Positions 26,400-33,910 of a stretch of 56,791 bases of DNA are shown here, in pieces (the first letter of the stretch is position 1; every line of letters starts with the position of its first letter). The stretch is from Lysobacterales bacterium (GTDB taxonomy: Bacteria; Pseudomonadota; Gammaproteobacteria; Xanthomonadales; SZUA-5), in contig DAIMJK010000001.1 in NCBI GenBank assembly GCA_036722245.1, positions 1-56,791 on the forward strand. Direction: 5' to 3'. Under the pieces are notes generated by a model. It saw nothing but the letters and a program-made list of their open reading frames with translations. It searched no databases and was not told the DNA's origin. A program made the position numbers and the translations under genes.

Positions 26400-26705
26400 C
26401 TAGAGCTTCCCCAACGGGCCCAGATCGAGCTTGAGATCGCTCTCACTGAGACCAAAAAGTTCACACAGGCGCTTGATTTCCTCGGCCTGGTGCATCAACG
26501 TCGCACCCAGACGTTCTATTTCCACATCGCTCAAGCTGTCGCCCTCCAGGCGTCGCAACGCCTGCCGCTCCAACAGATCATGAACGAGCTTGATCAACGT
26601 GAGCACCAATTGAGCCAAACCGTTGCCAGCCTGCTCAGCATCCAGCGAAACTTTCTTTCGACCCTGGTTGAGCAGCGGCAGCAGGGCACTCTCAATGTTG
26701 TCCAT
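26400..26705 (-). CDS. gvpK: Gas vesicle protein GvpK
   Basis: GLAQLVLTLIKLVHDLLERQALRRLEGDSLSDVEIERLG...DLKLDLGPLGKL. Start at MDNIES (26705). Confidence 0.9.
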   Translation of the reverse strand: MDNIESALLPLLNQGRKKVSLDAEQAGNGLAQLVLTLIKLVHDLLERQALRRLEGDSLSDVEIERLGATLMHQAEEIKRLCELFGLSESDLKLDLGPLGKL

Positions 26706-26910
26706 CGATACTCCGCAGCGAGTGCTTGAGCGCATTTGGCGCACCGTTGGCCCGTTCCACTGACGTCAACAACAGGCTTAGATCAAGAAAAAGCAACTCG
26801 ATGTCGGCAACCGTGATCACCAACATCCCGCGCAGGACCACCCCGGTTTCAATCAGGCGGTCAAGCAGGTCCACCAGATAGACCTGTTCATCGCCGCTAC
26901 CGAGCTTCAT
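26692..26910 (-). CDS. Small GvpA/J-family gas vesicle protein (GvpS/GvpM-like)
   Basis: YLVDLLDRLIETGVVLRGMLVITVADIELLFLDLSLLLTSVERA. The ATG overlaps the gvpG stop (ATGA). Confidence 0.82.
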   Translation of the reverse strand: MKLGSGDEQVYLVDLLDRLIETGVVLRGMLVITVADIELLFLDLSLLLTSVERANGAPNALKHSLRSIDGQH

Positions 26911-27113
26911 CGATGCATCCCTTTGAGCACCTTGAGTCGATCCAGCGACGCTGACTCGAGCAGATCGAATTCCTCCTCCGTCATTCTACCGCTCTCCAAG
27001 GCGGCATGCAGCCCGCGGAGATCCTCCATGACCAGCTTTATGTCACCTTCGATCTGCTGCTGCACGGCAGTGTCGATCTCTCGCACCAAGCCCACCATGA
27101 GCTTTCCAAACAC
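26907..27113 (-). CDS. gvpG: Gas vesicle protein GvpG
   Basis: 68 aa. IKLVMEDLRGLHAALESGRMTEEEFDLLESASLDRL is the typical GvpG E-G-x-I/M-x-EEE-F/Y motif. Confidence 0.85.
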   Translation of the reverse strand: MFGKLMVGLVREIDTAVQQQIEGDIKLVMEDLRGLHAALESGRMTEEEFDLLESASLDRLKVLKGMHR

Positions 27114-27115
27114 GC

Positions 27116-27847
27116 TCAGGTGATCCGCAATTCAGTGAAGGTATAGGGCGCACTGGGACCAGAGAGCTCGAACAAGTGATCGTCACTGAACCAGGAAGCG
27201 AACTTCTCCACCGCATCAGCGAAAACCTCCTCGCAGTCTCTACCCACCAGTAGTGCCAGGGAACACAGACTGCTCTCATTCCGATGGCCCAATTCCCGGT
27301 GGGAGTGTACGTGGGGCTGCAGGGACTGCAGACAGTCGCGCGTGATCTGTTCGCGCTCGTTTTTCAGAAATTGCTCGAAGACCTGGCCCAGATGAATGCG
27401 CTCATCCTGACTCGGCGTGCGACCATCGACAAAGTATGCGTCTCGCAACGCGCCCAGCTCGGGATATCGCTCAACGAACTGTCCAAACAGATTGGCACCC
27501 TGCCAGGAGACGCGCAATACGAACTCTCCGCGCCCCTCAACCAGGCTCAGCTTCTCCGCGAACTCTACAGCGTGCTCGGCCAACAGCCGTTCAATTTCTT
27601 CTGTATCGTCGGCAATCGAACCGAAGGACATCGGCAGCACAACGCCCCGCCCAAAGCATGCGGACATCACCTGCTGAAATTGCGCCAGGGTCTTGCGTCG
27701 AGGCACCAGCTCCTCGCCGTCATACTCACTGACCACCACGGCAAGGTCGGCGTGCGCGACCGAATATACCGGCGCTTCATCGATTCCCCGCAGATCCGCC
27801 TCGATCTGATGATCCGCCTTGCTCACGGCATACATGAAGAAGGGCAT
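27116..27847 (-). CDS. gvpF: Gas vesicle protein GvpF
   Basis: FFMYAVSKADHQ...VYSVAHADLAVVVSEYDG...GVVLPMSFGSIADD...EFVLRVSW is GvpF/L family. Confidence 0.9.
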   Translation of the reverse strand: MPFFMYAVSKADHQIEADLRGIDEAPVYSVAHADLAVVVSEYDGEELVPRRKTLAQFQQVMSACFGRGVVLPMSFGSIADDTEEIERLLAEHAVEFAEKLSLVEGRGEFVLRVSWQGANLFGQFVERYPELGALRDAYFVDGRTPSQDERIHLGQVFEQFLKNEREQITRDCLQSLQPHVHSHRELGHRNESSLCSLALLVGRDCEEVFADAVEKFASWFSDDHLFELSGPSAPYTFTELRIT

Positions 27848-27852
27848 CGATT

Positions 27853-28134
27853 TCAGCCTTCGCCTGTCAGGGTCATGGCCAGCATGTTCAGCTCTGCATC
27901 AAACTCACAGCGGTAACGGGAACGCCCGTAAACGTCCTTGGTTCCGGCCGCATTCGCGATGCTCAGCAACGGATCGCGAACATACGCCTCAATGTCCACC
28001 TGCCAGCCCTCATCGTGGCGCCGAAAGCCCAGCACTCTGCATTCCGAGGCACCCAAGGCTTCCGTCACGACGGATCGGACCGTTTCCGCTATCCGGGTGA
28101 GTGGCGACGCGGCGGCTGCTGAGGTTTGTTTCAT
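27853..28134 (-). CDS. gvpO: Gas vesicle synthesis protein GvpO
   Basis: VVTEALGASECRVLGFRRHDEGWQVDIEAYV...SRYRCEFDAELNMLAM shows the GvpO pattern (DGW-x-V-x-VE ... Y-x-V-x-LD). Confidence 0.8.
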   Translation of the reverse strand: MKQTSAAAASPLTRIAETVRSVVTEALGASECRVLGFRRHDEGWQVDIEAYVRDPLLSIANAAGTKDVYGRSRYRCEFDAELNMLAMTLTGEG

Positions 28135-28186
28135 CGGTGAATCCTGCTCAATGGTTGGGGACTCCGGGAGGCTTTACTGCCCCTTC

Positions 28187-28477
28187 CTAGTACCGGATCG
28201 AGATCGTGCCGCTGGGTGCTGGCGCATCCGCGGGTAGCGGTTCCCGGTTGAGATCACCCAGGCTGTGCAGCTTCTCCGCCTCCTTGTCGATGACCAGCAG
28301 GCGCTTGCGCAACGTATCCAACCTCCCTTCCAGATTGGTAATCTCAACCAGACGTCGCTGCTTTTCAAGCGCCAGGTAGCTCAGTCGCAGATAAATGGAG
28401 TGTGTCGTGGGCCTGAGCCGCCGCGCGCCCAATGTCCGACCCGGTACGGTAGTCTTGATGCGCTTGAATCTGGGCAC
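28187..28477 (-). CDS. Small basic/coiled-coil protein of unknown function within the gvp operon
   Basis: 96-aa ORF 2 nt after the gvpN stop. It occupies the position taken by gvpV in the Serratia-type gene order, as I recall it. No motif I can name. Confidence 0.5.
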   Translation of the reverse strand: MPRFKRIKTTVPGRTLGARRLRPTTHSIYLRLSYLALEKQRRLVEITNLEGRLDTLRKRLLVIDKEAEKLHSLGDLNREPLPADAPAPSGTISIRY

Positions 28478-28479
28478 GG

Positions 28480-29688
28480 TCAGCTCCTCTTGACTTTCTT
28501 GATCGTCGTCGCGCTGGCACCGGTCGGCTCGCCGGGAAGGGCCTTCAACCAGCTCGCGCCGAGCGTCTTGCCAGCGCTGCCCGACCGTCGATTCCGAGAT
28601 ATGGTCGGCGCGGACTCTTCGGTTGTCTCGGAGTACTCAGGAGGACTGTTCGTGTCTGCCGTGTCGTCCGCGGGCGAACCCGAGTCCGGCGCCGTTGCAC
28701 CGCCTTCCGGCTCCGCCACACCAGCCAAGTCCTGCGCAGGATCCGGCTGCGCGTGCTTGGTCGCCGCTGTGAGATCGGTCACATTCAACAGCGTTAGCGC
28801 ATCGGGACCGAGCACGTCCACGCAGACCGCCCGAAAGTAGGGGTCCTCGAAATCGACTGCGCGATCGGCAGTGTTCATTACGCGGGCGATAGTGATCGCC
28901 GCACGAATCGTTGGCTTGACTCTTGCGGTCGACTTCGCACGCAAATCCCGCACGAACGACATGATTCGTCGCGCCGTCTCCATATCTGCGCCGGCCTTGG
29001 CCGAAACGATCTGGGCCTCGGTGTCGGCGTCGTAATGGTCAAGGTAAATCGTGATCACGCGGTCGAGCAGCGCATCTGGCGCGCGATACACGCCAGCATA
29101 CTCTTCCGGATTTGAGGTCAGGATTGCGTTGAATTTCGGATGGACGCGAATATAACTTTCCCGACCGTCACTTGCTTTAGGAAGATTAAGGATGCGCTCT
29201 GAAAATACGCTCAGCAACGGGTTATTTGCCTCCGCGCTGGTTCGGTTAAACTCATCATAAACCAGCATGTTTCCGAAACGACACGCTGTGGTAAGTCGAT
29301 TATCCACCCAAAGATCGTGATGCTCCTCTTCGGTTCGGACCACTGATCGAACGTAATTGTCGACGACCCTCGACATGCGAGTGCCTGAGGGCGATCCGAC
29401 GAGGTCAGCACTGCTGAGCTGGTGATCACCGTGCAGCAAGACGATGGGTCGACCGAGCAAGCTGGCGACGTGAAACGCCAGGGTTGTCTTGCCGGTTCCG
29501 GTAGCTCCGCAGAAATGGACTGGATAGCCCGAGCGGAGATAGTCAAGGGCTCGTTCGGCGATGGAACTGACTGCCGCGGAGATAACGAAACTCTCGCTCG
29601 CCGCCATACTTACCTGGGCGCCATCAAAACTCTCGCTGGCGCCATCGGCACCAGCACCGCCACGCCGACCATCAATGCGCTTGAACAA
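28480..29688 (-). CDS. gvpN: Gas vesicle AAA+ ATPase GvpN (CbbQ/NorQ/GvpN family) with a long acidic C-terminal tail
   Basis: Walker A HFCGATGTGKTTLAFHVA and Walker B MLVYDEFNRT. About 100 aa of D/E/P/T-rich tail ends in KKVKRS. Alternative start at ATG 29607. Confidence 0.9.
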   Translation of the reverse strand: MFKRIDGRRGGAGADGASESFDGAQVSMAASESFVISAAVSSIAERALDYLRSGYPVHFCGATGTGKTTLAFHVASLLGRPIVLLHGDHQLSSADLVGSPSGTRMSRVVDNYVRSVVRTEEEHHDLWVDNRLTTACRFGNMLVYDEFNRTSAEANNPLLSVFSERILNLPKASDGRESYIRVHPKFNAILTSNPEEYAGVYRAPDALLDRVITIYLDHYDADTEAQIVSAKAGADMETARRIMSFVRDLRAKSTARVKPTIRAAITIARVMNTADRAVDFEDPYFRAVCVDVLGPDALTLLNVTDLTAATKHAQPDPAQDLAGVAEPEGGATAPDSGSPADDTADTNSPPEYSETTEESAPTISRNRRSGSAGKTLGASWLKALPGEPTGASATTIKKVKRS

Positions 29689-29703
29689 AATCGACTCCCT
29701 GGC

Positions 29704-30270
29704 TCAGGTGTTTGCCGATGACAGAAAGGTGCTGCCGCGCCTGCGAGCGCGGGTGCCCTGCCCCTCCACGGAAGACTTTTGCTCCGAAGTGCCGGTTGAT
29801 TGCGCCGGTACCGGCTGGGGAGCCCTTGGCGCGCTGCCCGCCGTTCCAGCGAGCGCAACCACGGCCTCCTTGAACGCTCCCGTTCGGAATCGCCTGCTCT
29901 TGGCGAACTGCGTCTGTTCTTTCACCGCGCTGACCGATTCGCTCAACGATTGCCTGAATTCCGCCAGCTGCGAACGCATCGTCCCTGCTCTGGCCGCTGC
30001 CTCATCGCGAAACCGCTGACGCAGCTGTTGTACGGATTGCGTTCGATCATGACTGTGTTGCGTCAGATCCGCGTGCAGCGCAACCTTCGCCCGGGACAAT
30101 CCGTTGACCATCCGCTCACGGTCGTCGGCAAAACGGTCCAGTGTCCGAACGAGGCTTTGGCGTAGTCTACCGACATCCTGCCTTATGCGCGCAAGATCAG
30201 CCCCACGCGAACGCCGAAGTTCATCGATATCCAGAAGCAATTCACTGATATCACCAGGAAATCTTGACAT
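29704..30270 (-). CDS. Alpha-helical R/Q-rich protein in the gvpC position (GvpC-like, tentative)
   Basis: Immediately downstream of gvpA. Recurring xRLRQSL, QLRQRF and EFRQSL helical motifs. Start at MSRFPGD (ATG 30270), since the track start would overlap gvpA. Confidence 0.5.
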   Translation of the reverse strand: MSRFPGDISELLLDIDELRRSRGADLARIRQDVGRLRQSLVRTLDRFADDRERMVNGLSRAKVALHADLTQHSHDRTQSVQQLRQRFRDEAAARAGTMRSQLAEFRQSLSESVSAVKEQTQFAKSRRFRTGAFKEAVVALAGTAGSAPRAPQPVPAQSTGTSEQKSSVEGQGTRARRRGSTFLSSANT

Positions 30271-30293
30271 CACCAATCCCCCAAGGTCACGCG

Positions 30294-30326
30294 AAAAAGC
30301 AGCGCGCTGGCGGGCAGCGCGCCGCC
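30294..30326 (-). terminator. Rho-independent terminator/attenuator between gvpA and the next gene
   Basis: On the minus strand, 10 nt after the gvpA TAA: GCGCGCTG-CCCGC-CAGCGCGC (8 perfect GC-rich bp, 5-nt loop) followed by TGCTTTTTC. Confidence 0.65.
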
Positions 30327-30331
30327 GCCGC

Positions 30332-30550
30332 TTATGCCGGCTGAGCCGCACTCGCGGTCAGGCCGATAGCTTCCGCGTACTTCAGGTACGTTTCGACCGA
30401 GGCAATGACGATGCGCGCTTCGATGGAGAGCAACTCAATTCCAACCAGCGACACCTTGACAAATGCATCAATAACGATGCCCTTGTCAAGCACGCGGTCA
30501 ACGACTTCGGCCAAGCTTGATGAATCGGTGGACTTTTGAACCTGTGCCAT
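30332..30550 (-). CDS. gvpA: Major gas vesicle structural protein GvpA
   Basis: [54 protein letters not shown] is the near-canonical GvpA core. GGAGA RBS 7 nt upstream of the ATG. Confidence 0.97.
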   Translation of the reverse strand: MAQVQKSTDSSSLAEVVDRVLDKGIVIDAFVKVSLVGIELLSIEARIVIASVETYLKYAEAIGLTASAAQPA

Positions 30551-30610
30551 GACTTATCTCCAGCTATTGATATCAGAAACTGATGCAGAAGCTCGGCCCC
30601 TGCGCGACTT

Positions 30611-30650
30611 GGTCGGGGTAGCCCGGCAAGGCGCACACCTTCCCCCGACC
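30611..30650. repeat. Inverted repeat (8-bp GC arms, 24-nt loop with a nested AAGG/CCTT stem) in the gvpA upstream region
   Basis: GGTCGGGG (30611-30618) pairs with CCCCGACC (30643-30650). Located between the kinase stop (30679) and the gvpA ATG (30550). Confidence 0.5.
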
Positions 30651-30678
30651 CTGATCGGATGGTAGCGAGTCCGGGCCG

Positions 30679-32349
30679 TCAAGAAACTACACCTTGAGTT
30701 GTAGTTGGAGATGATTGCCGCCCGATTGCCTCAACAAGTGCGCGCAAGGCAGCTGGACTTACCGGCTTGTAAAGCAAGCCGACGTGTCGTCTTCTAGCCC
30801 TGTCGGCGAGTATTGGCGAACGCTCGGCTGTCAGTAGATAGATCGGCGGTACCTCGTGCCACAGATTACGGAGAACATCCACAAGGTCCAGACCCGTGCT
30901 GGCATCGTCAAGGTGGTAGTCGATGAGTACCAGATCAGGGACGCGAGTCATCGCTGAGGTGGTCGCGGACTCAATGGTCTGGACGTTCTCGCAACTAACC
31001 CCCCAGTGCTCAAGCAACGCCGCTAGCGCTTTGCCGATGTCCGGGTCGTCATCCACGCTGAGTACATGCAAGCTGCCGGCAACGCGATGGGTCGGCGGCG
31101 CGGCAGCCTCTGGGCGCAGCGCCGGATCGCTGCTCGGGTGGATTAGCCTCGCGTTGACCGTGAAGATGCTGCCCGCGCCCAGCCTTGACGCCACGCCGAC
31201 TTCGTGCCCGAGCAGATCCGACAAGCGCTTGACGATTGCCAGCCCCAGACCCAAACCTGTCTTGCCGGGCGTGGTGGACCCGCCCAATTGGTGAAAGTCC
31301 CGAAATATGTCATCAAAACTGCTAGCCGCGATCCCGCGGCCAGTGTCACAGACCAGGATCTGTGCGATCCCAGCTCTGCGCCTGGCGCCGATCAACACGC
31401 CACCGCGCCGGGTGTAGCGTATCGCGTTGGAGAGCAGGTTGAGCAGGATGCGTCGCAGCAGACGCGCATCACTATGAATGACCAGCGTCGACGGACACGC
31501 TCGCAAACGGATGCCACGGCGCTGCGCCAGCGGCTGCAGGTGCGCGACGAGATTCGCAAACAGCTCGCCCAGCGGCACCTTGCCCATCTGCAAGGCAATC
31601 GGCGATCCGTCCAGACGCGCGAAATCGACGATCTCCTCGGCCAAATACTCGGTTCCACGCAGGGCCTCACCCAGACTGGCAGCGAGGGCGCGCGCGCGCT
31701 CCGGGATATCCTCCGCCTCTTCCAACGCGGAAGCCAGCAGTCTGGCCGCGCTGAGTGGTTGCATGAGATCGTGACCGGCGGATGCGAAGAACCTCGAGCG
31801 GGCAATGAGTTCTAGTTCACTGGCGAGGCGAACTTGCCTCAGCTCGTCGTTCCTGCTTGCGCCGTCCGTGATGGATGGCGCGGCAACGGTCGCTGCGAGG
31901 GTTTGCCGGAGCCTTGTTGGCGTGCCGAGACGGTCCATCGCTACCAGGACGACAGTCTCTGTAATGAAGCGGGCATGCAGGTCCAGTCGTTCTCCGTTCG
32001 CCAGGCCGTAGCCCGAGACCAACAAGGGGACGGGGCGGGCTTGCGCCATCCATTGCCGGATCCGGCGCAGCAGACTCAGCGCACCGCTCCGAACCATGGC
32101 TCGAATCTCCCGCCGGAATGAAATCCTTCCACCCTTGTAGTCCACGGGATCGCGCGCCGTACGGAGCATGATGGCGCAAATCTGGTTTACCAACAGTCGA
32201 CCGGCTGCACGATCGATGATCACCATCGGCGATGCGGAATGCTGAAATGCCGCGTCGAGCGCACAGGCAAGGCAGTCGCCGCGCAGAGCTGGCAGCGTCA
32301 ACTGCCCGGCGCTTGTGGTCGGTTCCGCCGTGACGCACAGCCTAGCCAT
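30679..32349 (-). CDS. Hybrid sensor histidine kinase (cytoplasmic PAS-like N-terminus, HisKA, HATPase, receiver)
   Basis: H-box FFASAGHDLMQPLSAA; DTGRGIA; GLGLGLAIVKRL; receiver VLSVDDDPDIGKAL...DLVLIDYHLDD. Its ATG overlaps the upstream RR stop by 8 nt. Confidence 0.88.
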   Translation of the reverse strand: MARLCVTAEPTTSAGQLTLPALRGDCLACALDAAFQHSASPMVIIDRAAGRLLVNQICAIMLRTARDPVDYKGGRISFRREIRAMVRSGALSLLRRIRQWMAQARPVPLLVSGYGLANGERLDLHARFITETVVLVAMDRLGTPTRLRQTLAATVAAPSITDGASRNDELRQVRLASELELIARSRFFASAGHDLMQPLSAARLLASALEEAEDIPERARALAASLGEALRGTEYLAEEIVDFARLDGSPIALQMGKVPLGELFANLVAHLQPLAQRRGIRLRACPSTLVIHSDARLLRRILLNLLSNAIRYTRRGGVLIGARRRAGIAQILVCDTGRGIAASSFDDIFRDFHQLGGSTTPGKTGLGLGLAIVKRLSDLLGHEVGVASRLGAGSIFTVNARLIHPSSDPALRPEAAAPPTHRVAGSLHVLSVDDDPDIGKALAALLEHWGVSCENVQTIESATTSAMTRVPDLVLIDYHLDDASTGLDLVDVLRNLWHEVPPIYLLTAERSPILADRARRRHVGLLYKPVSPAALRALVEAIGRQSSPTTTQGVVS

Positions 32350-33001
32350 CTTGACTGTTGATCCGGTCGTGATCGATCGCCAGGCTGCGCATGAGCAGGG
32401 CCACCTGGACCCGGTTGCGAACAGCGAGACAGCGGAATACCGACGCCATGTGAACCTTGACGGTGGATTCGGCGATGCCCAGTTCGTAAGCGATTTGCTT
32501 GTTCAGCAAACCACCGGCAAGCAAGGTCGCGATACGGTATTGCTGCGGCGTGAGTCTGGCGACCTTGATGCCTGCCTCCCTTTCGTCCGCTGAAATCTCG
32601 GGAACACAAGCGTGCAAGGCACTGGGCGCCCAGATTCCGCCGTCGAGTACATGGCGTAAGGCTGCCTGCATGACCTCTCGCGCCGCAGACTTCGGAACGA
32701 ATGCTGCCGCGCCATGGCCGAGCGCGCGCTCGGCGATGGTGCGATCCTCCAGACCCGACACCACCACCACGGGCAAGGTCGGATACTTGTGCTTGACCAG
32801 CGCGAGGGTCGAGAAGCCCCCCGCGCCTGGAATATTCAGATCAAGCAGCAACATATCCAAGCCGACCGAGAGTTTCAGTTGATCAAGCAGTTGATCGGCG
32901 CTGTCGGCCTCCATGACCTCGAGGGCGGGCAGCACCCGCGACAGCAGCAGACGCATCGCGTCTCGGACCAGAGGGTGGTCGTCAGCAATCAGGACGCGCA
33001 T
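32342..33001 (-). CDS. NarL/FixJ (LuxR-HTH) family response regulator
   Basis: Receiver MRVLIADDHPLVRD...MLLLDLNIPG. HTH LTPQQYRIATLLAGGLLNKQIAYELGIAESTVKVHMASVFRCL. Confidence 0.9.
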   Translation of the reverse strand: MRVLIADDHPLVRDAMRLLLSRVLPALEVMEADSADQLLDQLKLSVGLDMLLLDLNIPGAGGFSTLALVKHKYPTLPVVVVSGLEDRTIAERALGHGAAAFVPKSAAREVMQAALRHVLDGGIWAPSALHACVPEISADEREAGIKVARLTPQQYRIATLLAGGLLNKQIAYELGIAESTVKVHMASVFRCLAVRNRVQVALLMRSLAIDHDRINSQDG

Positions 33002-33011
33002 CTGAACTCAC

Positions 33012-33749
33012 TCAACGAATCGGTTGCAGGGCGGGGACGGAGACAGATTCGCCGGCTGGATCGGTGGCGTTACCGGGACCGTTGACCAGATGGCTGAATG
33101 GGCACCTGGCCGTGGAGCGTTCCCTCGGGAGTTGCCGCGCACTCAAGCTGTCGTCGAACCGTTCCGAACCCGCCGTGTTGAGCTCAACCCAGTCCCGTAG
33201 CCCGCCGAACACCGCGATCGCGCCGGCGCAGGCTTCCATGGGCGCGGTGACGACGTTGTCAAAACGGCCTATGAAGCGACGCCAGCGCACGCCATTCTGG
33301 TTTCCGTAACCTCCGAAGTAACGCGATGCCAACGCGCTTTCGGCAGGCAGGCTCTTGCGAAGGGCGCGAGTGATCAATGTCCCGCCCAGCATCGAGCCTT
33401 CGAGCACATAGACCGCTCCGGCGCGGCGCGCCTCGTTGTGCAGCAAGGGCAGTGCCAAACAGCGCTCTACGGAATCGGGCCGGACCCCCAGAGCAACGAG
33501 ATCCGCTTGCAACATCGCCGTGTGATCGCGGCCTGGTTGGACGGAATCGAACCGATGCGCTCCGAGCAGAGCGTGCAAGGGCGCCATGTAGCCATAGAAC
33601 AACCGCAGCACCAGTTCATACTCCGACCGAGTCAGGTCTTCGGCAACCAGCCGAGAAAGCAACGGGAGACGCTCAAGCGCCTGATGTGCGTGCCGGGTGT
33701 GCTCCCTGAGGGTGCTGATTGCAGACTGGACTTGTATTGCGATGGACAT
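33012..33749 (-). CDS. Heme oxygenase (biliverdin-producing, BphO/HmuO-like) with a ~45-aa C-terminal extension
   Basis: LREHTRHAHQALE (proximal-His helix), RSEYELVLRLFYGYMAPLH and AVYVLEGSMLGG (conserved distal-helix motif). Start at MSIAIQ (ATG 33749, AAGGA RBS). The track start 33914 adds 55 unlikely residues. Confidence 0.82.
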   Translation of the reverse strand: MSIAIQVQSAISTLREHTRHAHQALERLPLLSRLVAEDLTRSEYELVLRLFYGYMAPLHALLGAHRFDSVQPGRDHTAMLQADLVALGVRPDSVERCLALPLLHNEARRAGAVYVLEGSMLGGTLITRALRKSLPAESALASRYFGGYGNQNGVRWRRFIGRFDNVVTAPMEACAGAIAVFGGLRDWVELNTAGSERFDDSLSARQLPRERSTARCPFSHLVNGPGNATDPAGESVSVPALQPIR

Positions 33750-33910
33750 GTGGGAGTCCTTGTCTGATAGCCGACGAAGCGCTGGGGGAATGGTCTTTGA
33801 AACGGTCCCCTGGGAGAGGATGCCCGATCGGGCCAGGCGAATCCCTACTACTTCAGCATTAGCCCGGTACCGAAGCGGAGAAAGCTCAAACAGGGATTGC
33901 GGCCGGGTAT

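Noticed and set aside
30626-30639. Sigma-54 promoter upstream of gvpA (minus strand GGTGTGCGCCTTGC, GG-N10-GC spacing).
   Set aside because: Only the GG and TTGC dinucleotide cores match. The -24 box (AGGTGT) is poor. The element sits in the loop of an inverted repeat. No sigma-54 enhancer-binding protein (GAFTGA AAA+) is encoded in the window.
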